Source: Tubiluchus corallicola (taxonomy: Eukaryota; Animalia; Priapulida). From it: a DNA stretch of 64,000 bases. The translations under genes and the position numbers were made by a program. The stretch lies in assembly GCA_030141605.1 (NCBI GenBank), contig JAQGDQ010000701.1:46100-110099 (forward strand), given 5' to 3'. The notes beneath the pieces are model-generated. The model saw only the letters and a program-made list of their open reading frames with translations. It did no database searches and was not told the origin of the DNA. Shown here piece after piece: positions 12,219 through 25,300 of the stretch; within the stretch, counting starts at the first letter, position 1, and every line of letters starts with the position of its first letter.

Positions 12219-12940
12219 TAAATACATTATTATAATGAAGCGATTCATTAGTATTTAAGTTCCAATTATTTCTTCTGCTCTAACTTTACATTTCTGTCGT
12301 ATTTCATAAACTTTTACATCATACTATAACATGGTCTTCCACAAAGTTTTTAAATTAAATGACATAGGTAAACAAAAAACAAAACATATAATAGGACATT
12401 AGTAATATCATAGGAATGTAAAGTCTGTCGATTACGATAAATAATGTCATCAGATACAGTACTCATCACTCTCCATTTTGAAGCCAAACAAATCCATAAG
12501 CCTGCTTCTTAGGTTAAAAAAGTAAGAGATTATTAAGTTAGACCATGAAGTCACAATATTACACATTTTGTAAGCAATTTATGTTCCATCACGTACGTCA
12601 CCTTCATGTCTTACATAACAATTATAGACGGTATGTAATTCTTTATTTATACATAGTAAAGTGCTTCATAACTAACAAATTTGCATAAGGATGTGACTAA
12701 ACTCAGCAGCAGTACCTGAAACCAACAAACATTTGTTTGCGAGTACAAATACTAATAGTGTATAGTAGTATGACTTTATACTTATTACGTGCAATAAGTG
12801 GGAAGAATATGCACACTCTATTTAGCATTTTACTTACATTTTACGTTAACAGAATCTTTGAGTGGTACGTAAATTTTATTCTAATTACGTTCTTGATTAT
12901 CAGTTAAGTTTAATCTTTATCACATATCATCTTATCAGGC

Positions 12941-13175
12941 AACAAACAAACATTAAGTTTTGATAACAAACAATGTTTAACTTCGATGGACAAACAATGT
13001 TCGCAGTTGTTTGACAAACAACGCTAACAGCTGTTGGATAAACAATGCTAGTAGCTGCTAAACAAACAATGCCTAGCCTTGGTGCATACATTTAGTTGTT
13101 GAACAAACAATGCTAACAGTAGAAGAGCAAATAATGTTATTATTATGTTCATTCTGCTAGAACAAACAGTGTTCT
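12941..13175. repeat. Degenerate 24-bp-period array with a conserved ACAAACAATG core
   Basis: Core at 12942, 12966, 12990, 13014, 13038, 13062, then 13103, 13127, 13162. The intervening bases are divergent. Confidence 0.7.
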
Positions 13176-13352
13176 AGTCTGGTCACAAAACACTGCTTAA
13201 GTTTGTTAAAAAGAATGCTAGTGCTGCCATCATACGAGTTCCACTGGAACCATGTGACACAAAAATAACAACAATACGTTACATATGATTGCTGCTGTCA
13301 TACTTGACTATTGTGTTTGCTGTTTGTAAGACTGACGAATTCTGATCAGCCA

Positions 13353-16300
13353 TCATTGCCATAGATTAGTGGACAGTGTCTGACCAGCGGCTACAGCTTG
13401 ACCACTTTGACCGGTTGCTACCCAGTTGGGGTTTTGCATGACAGGCTGTGTGCCTGGATTACTCATTTTCATATTTGCCAACTGCTGCTGGATCTACAAG
13501 AAAAACAAGCGAACTGTTAAAATTGCTCCAACAACAACAACATTAAATGAATTCAGATCCAAATCCACAAGTATTACCGTGTGGATGGTTACCACTTTGC
13601 TCCACTTGTCACAAGTAATACCCCAACAAAATTAAATGAATTCAGATCCAAATCCACAAGTATTACCATGTGGATGGTTACCACTTTGCTCCACTTGTCA
13701 CAAGTAATACCCCAACAACATGAAATGAATTCAGATCCAAATCCACAAGTATTACCGTGTGGATGGTTACCACTTGACTATGCCTTGTCTAGTGTGGTTT
13801 ATTAGTTTGCCCTAATGTCCACATTTTGGCTCCTGTCTCAGGCCTTTAAAAAACCTGTTTTTCTAAGCAAAAAAATGATACCACCGTCTCAGACCCTACC
13901 CCGTGTGTCTACTGCGCAAATTTCATGACATTGTGCTGCAATTTACGAACTATTCAATGTTGATGTCTAACACAAACAATGAAGTGATGAAAAATCGGCA
14001 TATAAGAATGTGCGGCTTCCAGATTTAAAATTACAATCATTGAATTTTGCTTTAATGTAAAAGGTTTGATGCAAGCAAATTGGTTTATTTCTGCATTTTA
14101 GTATTAGACAATTGTACACATGCTATTATAACTTCATAATTGGGAAAATGTTATGTATTATATAAGTGTAGCTTGCTTGGAAAAGTCAACTGGCTCAATT
14201 TAATGTTTAAAACAAATCTATCAAGAAAGCTTTGAATAATGGAACGTGCAATTTTTTTATTGAGCCATTTGGCTCTTCCAAGCAAGCTACATTTACACTT
14301 ACCCAATTATAAAGTTATAATATCGTGTGTACAATAGTATCGCAGTCCAGAAACAATTTTGTTTGCATATTTCCTCCACATGTTACTAACCAGGGTTTAG
14401 ATGCCTCGGGAATAAATTGTTTTTTAAATCGGAAGAATTTTTACATAAGCACGTAAATAAATAAAATGATAAAATAAATTAAAGAACCTGAAATAATTCT
14501 GACAACTTGGCTCAAACTTACGTCTTGTAGATTTGAGAATATTGGTTCTAAGTAGTATTCATTAAAAAAACCCTTTAATTTCATTACATTTTTTACTCGC
14601 AAGTTTAGAAATTACTACATTTGCTGCTAAGAGCTCCATCAATGCAGCGAAAAGGCCAGACAGAGATTTAACGAAGACAAATTTATCACTCTGTGAAAGC
14701 TCAACCAATTAAAAATCCCCAAAAACCTTGCTCTCCCACAGGGAGTCGCACTCGTGTTGGTCTAGTAATCGTAACCTCACATAAAAATTAATTTTCAGGG
14801 TTGGATATTCACTGAAGGAACTTCAAAAGCTCTACCGATGTAAAAAGGTACATACTCTATGCAAGGCTATAATTTATAATGCTATGTATGCGTAATCAAT
14901 TAGAACAATTTGTAACAAGTTTACCTGCTGTAAATGTTGCTGCTGCTGCTGCTGATACTGCACATTGTATGAGCCGGGTCGTCCCATCATGCTAGGCGGC
15001 TGTGTATATGGTCCTGACATGTTTGCTGGATTCTGTGCAGGTAAAAAACAGGTTTAAAGCACAAGAAAACCATCCACTTACATAAAGCTTAAAAAATTCG
15101 TCTCGAAATTTTATACCTCTTATGTACTAACTTTTCGTATGCAGTGCTTGCATCGGCCGTAATGCTGTATAAAACGTGCAAATTTAAACTCCCGCGATGA
15201 TCGTTAGGTGCAGCCCTTTTGATGGTAGGTCATTTGAAACAAGTTTGGATAACATTAAGCTGTCAATAAGATTAAAAATACGTTTTTGGTTAGTAAGTGA
15301 TGCACCCTGGAGGGTGAGTCAGCGACAGTTTACCAATTGGTGAAAGTATTTTAAATTATTATTTCTAGTTACACAAGTCTTTCCAACAGGTAAGCAAAAT
15401 GCTAAGTAATATAGATTTGCATGCAATATTTTTGTGAAATAGTTTAACATTTCCTTTTGTTCCCCTAATTTACGTTTGCATAGTGACATCATGTAATGGC
15501 GCGGCCGGAACAGTATTGCGGGAGATTTAAAATGAAAACAAACAAAAATTCCTTTCAACGCGAGTACGATATGTGCATGAAACTGCTGTAAACTGGTATA
15601 AATTTTTCAAGGTGATTTTTCTGAAACCTACTACAGGTGCCCCGTTTCTTGTCCTTTTAAGTCGGCATTAAAAAATTAATTAGCAGAAATTCTTCACGCA
15701 GAAGCACTTAATATACTGTAAAAGATATAGAGATTTTGTAAAGAATTGACAGCATAACTTTGCTCACTTTGTGCACATTCTGCAACAAATTTTAGACTTA
15801 CTAATAATACATATTCTAGTTACAAATAAAACCTTAGCTGCTAAGCATGACGTCTAGTCACTGAATTTCCTAGCACTTGAAACTGAGTCATTTAGGATAT
15901 TTGTAGTGAAAAAATTTGAAACAAACATAATTATATAATGTAGACCATATTTAAAAAACATAAGTTACCAGCTTACATTTCTTTTTTCCCCACAAACCAA
16001 ACTTCTATGATTAGAAGCAGCCCCAAGTCCAACAAAGGTACAAATCAAGAAGCAAAAGACTCAAAAGACCGTAAAGCCTAAACACATATGAGACTTAGCC
16101 TGAACAGTATATTGACAAAGCCAAAACATGTGGCCCCTGGTCTGAAGAGCTTACCAACAAATCCAAAACACATGTGGCCCCCAGCTTGAAAAGTGTATAG
16201 ATCAAGCCAAACATATATAGTACCCATGCCGTCTGAAGATAATACCGACAAAGCTAAAACACGTATAGTACAGTAAGCGCCACATAATAGATTCATGGTT

Positions 16301-19300
16301 AATAATCGGTTAATTGACTCAAAAACACCTGGAACGGGCCCCTTCTATTCAAATATACATAAAAAAGTATCCATAATTGACTCAAATAACTCCACTTAAT
16401 TGACTCAATATTTTTCCTTCACCTATTTAAAATAAGATATTTGCATGTACCCAAAGAACCTTTCCTACTTTTATGTCATTTTTACTTCCCTTTTGTGCAT
16501 TATGTATGTGCAGAAACAATCATATTAAGTACCGTTTTGTTTGTAAGCAGGTACATTTATCATGCGCTAGTGTAGCGGTTTTTCCTTGAATTTGTTACCC
16601 ACTCACCCACTGTTACCCAAAGAATTTCTGGAAGCTAAACATTTAATCACTTGCCGAGTGGTTTCCTTTTGATGCTCTCGCTGCAAACCACCCTTTTAGC
16701 TTAATCGGTTAACAGTCAAAGATGCAGGTACAGTATAATCAGCGGGTATTCCTCGTGACTTACAAGAGTAAACATCGTACAGCAAATAAGAGCAATGTAA
16801 GTGAGCAGACAATTCAGAACTGTTTTACTCACACACAACAACAGAGTTTCGACGTTTTTATAATTATAAGAACTTTGTGGGCCAACTTCTTCGAGAGAAA
16901 ATGAAGCAGCTGACCTTGAAGGAATTTTTGTAATTTTTGCAAATAAACAGACTTAGAAAAGTATACTTTTTAATTTATTGCTAATTCACTTATATAAATT
17001 AATATTTTAAAATATTTTTTCTAATTATTAACTGCACAAAGGAATTTAGGGTTTAGTTCGTTTCTAAAACTCATTAAAAACCGTTGCAGTGCATAGTAAG
17101 CTGATGACTCATACTTCTATACTAGTAATACTACACCCATTGGTTAATAGGTTCAGTTGGTTAATTGGGTCAGAACATGTCAGTCCCAAAGTGAGTCTAT
17201 TAAGCGGCGCCTACTATAGTCAGAAAAGTATGTTGATAACACCAAAACACGAATGGTACCCAGTCTAAAGAGAATATTGACAAAGCCAAAACACGTAATT
17301 TACCAAATCTGAAAAGTATGTTGACAAAGCCAAAACATGTGTGGTACCCAGTCTGAAAAGTACATTGACAAAGCCAAAACACCTATGGTACCCAGTCTGA
17401 AAAGAACATTGACAAAGCCAAAACACCTATGGTACCTAGTCTGAAAAGTACATTGACAAAGCCAAAACACCTATGGTACTCAGTCTGAAAAGAACATTGA
17501 CAAAGCCAAAACATGTATGGTACCCACTCTGAAAAGTACATCGACAAAGCCAAAACGCGTATGGTACCCACTCTGAAAAGTACATTGATAATACCAAAAC
17601 ACGTATGGTACCCAATCTGAAAAATACATTAACAATGCCAAAACACGTATGGTACCCATTCTGAAAAGTACATTGACAAAGCCAAAACAAATACGCCAAC
17701 ACCATGAACAAGGAGAGTGAAAGGAAGGGGGCACACGATCTTTTTGGGCACCAAAATTTGTAAAATTTTAAAACGAGACGTTTTCAAGCAAATGATTGTA
17801 ACAATCAAGCAACAGAAGCAAAGAAGACAAAGACAAATGAACAAGTTAAAGCAAGTGATTGCAAGCAATGCTTAGCAGAAGAAGATCAGTCAAGCCTTTG
17901 TAAAGGTCATCCAGCAAGCTACAGCACAGACCGGACAATGGCAGATATGCAAGATTAGTAACTTACGGGGTTCATTAGCCCAGCATTGTACAACTCATTG
18001 TCACCGCGCTGCTCTCCTACGTACAGATTTTCCATACAGAATGGATTTTGGAAAGTTGGTGCATTGTACGTATACTGCACGGGGTACAGCTGATTGTACG
18101 TCGCGTTATGTTCAGGGACAAAATACGCTTGGTACGCCAGTGATGAATCATGCATCTGAGGAGGCACAGGTTGACTCGGCTGGTACTGTAGTTTAAATTA
18201 AAATAATTTAAATTTAAATGTTTAAATACATTTAAAGGTTTGCGTAGACATGTAGTTTTAAAGACAAAAATATTTCGTTTGAAAACCAAACCAAGACTGG
18301 CTAATCACACAGTTCCGTGAAGTAAATTCAGAAATTGTGTCTTTTGGTAGTAAATTGGTGCAAATGGAGCTTGAATCTTATAAAATGGTGAACTTTAAAG
18401 TTAAGAAAACATTAATAAAACATCAACTCATTTTATCTGTAAGATGTAGGTTTGGAAAATGAGGAAAGTTGAGAAAAGTTTGTAAATGTGATGAAGTTCT
18501 TTGAACACAAGTCAAATGGCAATTCAGTGTTGGGTGTGCTGCTTAAAAGAAAACCGGACGATTGTTTAGATTCAATCTCATTTCATTTACTGTCCAAAAT
18601 ATATATTTTCTTGCCTATAAAAGTTTACAATTGTTCCTTATATTTGAATAATTAGCTTAGAAAGTTATGTAACGGCAACCAAACACAGCTATTGCTTACA
18701 TCAGAAACTAACCACAGTTCGTGCAATGGCAGGCGTCTTCCCTTGCACATCAAGCACATTTGCATAGGTGTTACAGTACTGCTTAAATTCATGATGTCAC
18801 GAAAAATGGGCTTTACATCATATGACATCAGAAACTAACACTGCAGTTCATGATCATGGTTATCACGGTACCGCCTTCTATTTGTCGGCCGTTCATTTAA
18901 AATAAGCTGTTGTAGTTTTCAATATTTTAGAGCATTCTTTATTCTGAACAAATGTTTACACAATCATCCAGTTTTCCTTTAACTGCAAAGCATAATTATA
19001 ACATTTTAAATCAAAGAGATATCATAATAGATTTAGTTACACAGTTAACGGGATTAATCCCTAAATTTAGCAGCAGGTAGAATTAGAATAGCATCATTAA
19101 TAGCCAAATAAATGCCAAACTTATCATTAGACAAGAATTGGAGTTGCCAAAGTTATCAGCAGTAGAGTTGGAGTTAAGTTATATACATTTCCGTTAGAGT
19201 ACATTATAAAATACTGGCGTAGTGAGTCAAATAATAACTCGAATGATAGCAAATATCTTTCGTCTAACCTGCTAGGTAATTCACACAAAAGACTTGAGGT

Positions 19301-22300
19301 CAGTATTAACAAAAAAAGCATTGAAAGTTGCCTGGAACAGAAACAGCTAATTCTGCATTGTTTCAGCAAAAGAAAACAACTAGCTTCTGAGCAAATGTAG
19401 CAACAGCAATCAACTTACCTGCACTGAAAAAATAATAGTTTTAAGAAACCAAAAATAACTAAAACTAAGAGAGGCAGCAAAACATGAAATTGAAGATCAC
19501 GAACTCTGCTAAAAAATATTTAGCACATATAACAAAAATAATGATTTATACCGAAGAAACCGGAAATTGTTGTCCCTGGGATGGAACGACTGCTCCATTT
19601 TGCATTAGATTTCCATTAGTGAAAGTTGGTTGTTGTAAGTATACACCGCCTAAAAATAATAATGTACAGTATTTATGAGAATTACCAATACACAAGCAGC
19701 TAAATGTTATAATAATCATTGAAGATACTGTATATCAGTGCTAGGGATGAATTATTAGGCATATAATTTAATTTTATCAAATATCAGCAGATTCTTTCCA
19801 AATTTTTATAACATTTTTACAATTAATGCAAGCTATTAAGACATGGCGTTCTACCACTTTGAAATCAAACATTCTTTTCAAATTATTACAATACTAGCAA
19901 AGGCCCCGCAAAAGATTTTGCGTAAAAAACCACGTATAATCAATAACACGCGAACATTCTACCTAGTCCTCATTTATTACACAAAGCCCGTAACATCCTG
20001 CCTACTGTATGTTTACTTACCTAACGCAAAGCAGCAGCTTTTACTGAATTAAAGCTATAAGATTATAGACAGAATACAATGGATGACGTCACAACAATGC
20101 CTTTGCGTCAGCAATTTTCTAAGCGAAAATTGTCGAAAATAGAACATCCAATTAACTCCTCGGTACTCCTCTCGGTGGACCTGCCCTAAAATGTAGCCTA
20201 CATCATCGTGTAGCCCTGTCCTTCCTCTTTGTAAAGAGCTATATATCTCCTTCCTAGAGTCCCACTGGGCGACGCTAGAACGTTTTTCCCGCATGCTGTT
20301 TGGTCAAAATTTCGAAAAAATCGCGAGTTGGGTCCGGGAAAACGCCCGTTGCGGGACCCCGTGGCCCTCTCGCGAATTCTAAATATGCCTACTACACCCA
20401 CCGCTGAACGGGCTATCTATCCATACCCAGCACCACCCTCGGCCCGTTCCCGTTCTCTACATCTCAGCCGTATAACTTTTGCAAAAAACGGCCGAAAAAT
20501 GGCCATTTTTGGAGGTTTTTCGCCTCCCCTTTCTCCCGGTGGGCCCGATTCGAAAAATAAACCATCAATGGCACGACACTAGATCGAGACCTTTCGTTTG
20601 ATGTATAGATCGCCGCAAATGGTGCCCTCGTCTGGGCTGTAGCCTCGAATCTTATATATATATATATTAAGATACCAAGAATATTAATATAATAGTAGAT
20701 CTGTACAATTAATGAATTTACAAGGACAAGATGTTCTAACTCTTTTCATTTGTAGATGGCAAAGACAGTAATTTGTAGCACTCAAACGTAGTCAACATTA
20801 TGCTAGACAATATCAATCACTTAATGGACAGTCAGGGTTATGCTAGACAATGTCAATCACTCAATGGACAGTCAGCGTTATGCTAGACAATGTCAATCAC
20901 TCAATGGACAGTCAGTGTTATGCTAGACAATGTCAATCACTCAATGGACAGTCAGCGTTATGCTAGGCAATGTCAATCACTCAATGGACCGTGGAATAAT
21001 TACTAGATTTCACCTGCATTAGTACAAATACAGTCAACCTCGGATATAAGGGACACCTCGACACCGGAAAAAATCGTCCCTTATATCCGATGTCACTTAT
21101 AGCCGAAGTTGAGTCAGACCGAGGGTGTATCTAGATCTGTACTTTTCTGTACTTTTACCTATATTTTTATGGATTATTGCTACACATTCAGTGCACACGG
21201 TATGTAGGAAGCTCCTTCAGTGATGCGAGATGTATGTGACCACGGAAACCGAGCTGTTCGAAGGCCGAGTTTGCGAAAAATTGAGGTTAAAATAGATCAA
21301 TTTCGCTTTGATCATAGGCTCCCTTACATTCAAGGTAATTTACCTGGGTTTCTATTACCCGGGACCTGAAGATATAGTCCCTTATAAGCGAAAGTCCCTT
21401 ATATCCGAGTACCGTATATACGAAGATTTTTACATAGGAAAAATCGGGACCGGTGTTGGTGGTCCCTTATAAGCGAGTGTCCCTTATCAGCGAGTACTTT
21501 ATACCCGAGGTTGACTGTATATAGATATGAAAAACATACCTGGCACACCATAATGTTGAGGTTGTTTGCCAAGATTAGAGTAAAGTGACATAATTGTATC
21601 TTTGGCAGAAGGTTTGCTATCAAACTGTGAGTGACATTCTTGTCTCTGTTCCGCTGTCCCAAAGAGAGACTCCAGGTCATTTGTACTCGAGGACTACATG
21701 TCAAGAAAGAGAAACGATTTCTTAATGCCTTATTTTAAAAGAAACAATTTTTATTAAGAACTCTATAAAACTTGATGCATTTACAACATTACAGAAATTT
21801 TGACTCCAATCTCCAGCATGACAGTGTTTACAAACTGCAACGACTTCTACAAGCAAAGCCATAGGGTACAGAACACGAAGATAACTAATTATAATTTTGC
21901 AACTATAGTTAAGTGTCATTAATAGGGCTGGTTTAGCCTATAGGCTTGCGTATAAGCTACAGCCTGGGGCCCCTCAAGCTTGTTAGCATCTCGTAAAAAA
22001 TCTCTTTTTTTATTAAGGTTGTTTTGAAATATGAGCTACTTTAGTTTGCAATAAACAGTAAAATGGTGGTATTTTTTAAAGAATATTTTTATTGGCAACC
22101 AAAATATAGCTATTCTAGTTTATGTAAAGAATTTACAATAAGTTGTCTACTTACAATAATTAAATGCTGTTAAAATATATCACGAGTAAAAATATTCAAG
22201 ATGGGTGCAGGAGAGTTATAGGGTGGCTCTGTCTGAGGGGGTCCATAATTTTATTAGCCTAGGAGCCTCAAAAGGCCATAATCTGGCCCTGCTTGTCAGG

Positions 22301-25300
22301 ACACGTAAATGCAGATTCTGTTATTAGAAGACTCCAGTTATTTGCAGCTTTAACTCCAATGCTAAAATGGGGTCACGAAAGCCAGACTGAGGAGTACTTT
22401 GTGAGGGTTCCCACAGAATTTTGAAATAAATTTCCCTGACCAAATATTGATTTTCCATGACCAAGATAAGCAGAAATTGCATTACCAGTATACATATTCA
22501 TACATTTTACTGTATGAAATTCATACATACACTGAAATAAAATGTGTCAGTCAATCATTATTTTTGGAACCAAAATTGAAACTGGGAGCCTGGCATAGCA
22601 AAAATTTATTTGAACACGAATTGGTGAAAAATATGTTTGGAAAAATATCTGTTCACGGTGATTATTTTTGAATCCTTTTCCTTTTCCTTTTCCCTGACTT
22701 TTTGCCCCATTTTCATCATTTTCCCTCACTTTCCAGGATAGCTTGCATTTTCAAGGATTTTCCAGGAATTTCCCTGATCGTGAGAAGCCTGTTTTTGTGA
22801 AAACCTAGAGAAAGTGCAGGTATAAATCAATATAATACTAAATTTGAAACAAACCTTTATGCTATGCTTTGTATTTGGTAAATGAAGACTGGACGGCTCA
22901 GAAGTAGCAGCCGTTGGCAGCGGCGATGAGAGAAAATTACCAAATATTTCATCTACAGTGTCAATTACGGTCAAGCTTGATCCAGCATCATCTAGAAACG
23001 GGAAATAAATATGAAGTTACGTAGCAAACATCAAACTCTGCATAGTTTTCAAAACCATTTGTGAGTTTATTATCAACCGTAAGTAACCAGGACTGTTTTA
23101 TAAAAGTCACAGAACAGAAGAGAAAACTATTTTTTCCTTGGATCAATAAAGAACATGATACAAAGACGTTATTTCCATTACGGTGCAAGTGTTAGTAAAA
23201 GTAAAATCACAAAAAAAAACCACACAGAGAGACTATTAAAAATACTACAGATTACTAAACAGTAAACTAAGATTAGATACAAAGTAAATAATAATAAAAA
23301 CACAAATTAAAACTTAAATGTCACAAACAACCAATCATCAATCAAGAAAATATACATTGAACAAAACGATAAAAGCTACGGACGTTAATATATTGTAAAG
23401 TATTATAAGATATGAATTATTGTAGGAATAAAAAAAAACTAACATAAAATCAGGATTGTAAAATTTTTTTCCTTGTATTATTCATTATTATAGTTCTTAA
23501 ATTTCTTCATATTCAGTGATTAAGAAAAAACAGGATAATATTGAAGTACAATGCTACAGTACAACATTCAGTGTGATATACAAAAACGTGGCAAGTTCTA
23601 AGTTTAGAATTCAAATTTCAAATTTACAGCTATGCCCTCGTATGATCTCTCAAACGTGTTACAACTGTTACATCACAAATGAGCACCTCCGAACAGAGAG
23701 GTACATAACCTAATCTTTGGGCAATGCGTTGCCGAGATGAAGAAGCTAGCGCCCGTCTAAACAGCAAAAACTGGCCGCGCAAATGCAAAATTACCATTCT
23801 GTGGTAATAATTCTTTCACGTAAGCTATTCCTGAATATGTTCCCTTTTATAATTTAATAGGGTAGATTATTTTGAACTATAATTTAAAGTGAAAAAATGA
23901 TATTATTTTCCTTTAAGGAAATGCAGGATTGTAATGAAAAATGCACAAGAAAAACGTTTAGTAAAGAAATAACATGAGCATTTTATATTTGACAAGCTGC
24001 TAATTCAATGACTAACCTTGAAAAGGAAGAAAAAGTTTAATACCTAAGCCAAGAAGATCTGTGTTATCACAAGGGTTTTCCTCTTTTGGTTTGGATGTCA
24101 CAGATTTGAGCGGTAGAGTATTAGTGTGTTGCTTCGGTCGTGAGGTGGCCAGTGACTGCTGGAAGAAAATGTACGATTAAAACTCTGATTTCAAACAACA
24201 GCCAATCCTGATTTGGCAGAAAATACGATACTTTTTAGCCACCAATACGATAATCAGCATCATACAAAACGGCAAACCGGGCCGAGAGTTGTAGAGAAAC
24301 ATAGCTGCGTCCTCGCCGAAACAACTATGTTACAATAACGACTGCGATTACGTTTTAAATTAAAAAATACGTTTTCCTATGACTATGTCACGTAATTATA
24401 CAAACGCACAAACAATTATAAATTCCTGGCCAAATGTGCGTTAAAAAGTATTACCCGGGTGACTAGACAGAAACAGAGGTATTTTTATTGCCAGCCTCAA
24501 AATTACCAAACATTTTCATAATAAAAGTATTACATTAAACAGTATCGTTGACTTAGTGCAATGCAAACTCAAACTGTATGGCAAGGAATCACGTTCTTTA
24601 CTCGTTCCTGTAGAAACACCCAATGCAAGAAATGGTTAAAAATGATCCCTTCCTCTAACTGGAACTGCACCTTTCAACACACGATCAGTTTAACATAGAA
24701 AATTGGCATATTGTCAAAAACCTAAAAAACTAGACCAACGAGTTTAACATACAACATTGGCATATTGTCAAAAACCTAAAAAACTAGACCGACGAGTTTA
24801 ACATGCAAAATTGGCATATTGTGAAAAACCTAAAAAACTAGACCAACGAGTTTAACACACAAAACTGGCATATTGTCAAAAACCTAAAAAGACTAGACTG
24901 ACCAGTTTAACATACAAAATTGGCATACTGTCAAAAACCTAAAAAAACTAGACCGACGAGTTTAACATACAAAATTGGCATATTGTCACAAACCTAAAAA
25001 ACTATACCGACGAGTTTAACATGCAAAATTGGCATATTGTCAAAAACCTACAAAACTAGATTGACGAGTTTAACATACAAAATTGGCATATTGTCAAAAA
25101 CCTAAAAAACTAGACGGACGAGTTTAACATACAACATTGGCATATTGTCAAAAACCTAAAAGACTAGACTGACCAGTTTAACATACAAAATTGGCATATT
25201 GTCAAAAACCTAAAAAACTAGACGGACGAGTTTAACATACAAAATTGGCATATTGTCAAAAACCTAAAAAACTATACCGACGAGTTTAACATGCAAAATT

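Noticed and set aside
12941-13175. CRISPR-like repeat-spacer appearance (also considered for 24687-26040)
   Set aside because: Eukaryotic intron-containing context with no cas genes; the repeat is only 10 bp here, and the other array has no unique spacers.
17200-17734. Overlapping Cys/Phe-rich ORFs in the ORF track
   Set aside because: Translations of the 44-bp minisatellite.
20055-20582. GC-rich ORFs suggesting a small gene or CpG-island promoter (also 31927-32334)
   Set aside because: Internal to Helitron copies; reading frames are not shared between the two copies.
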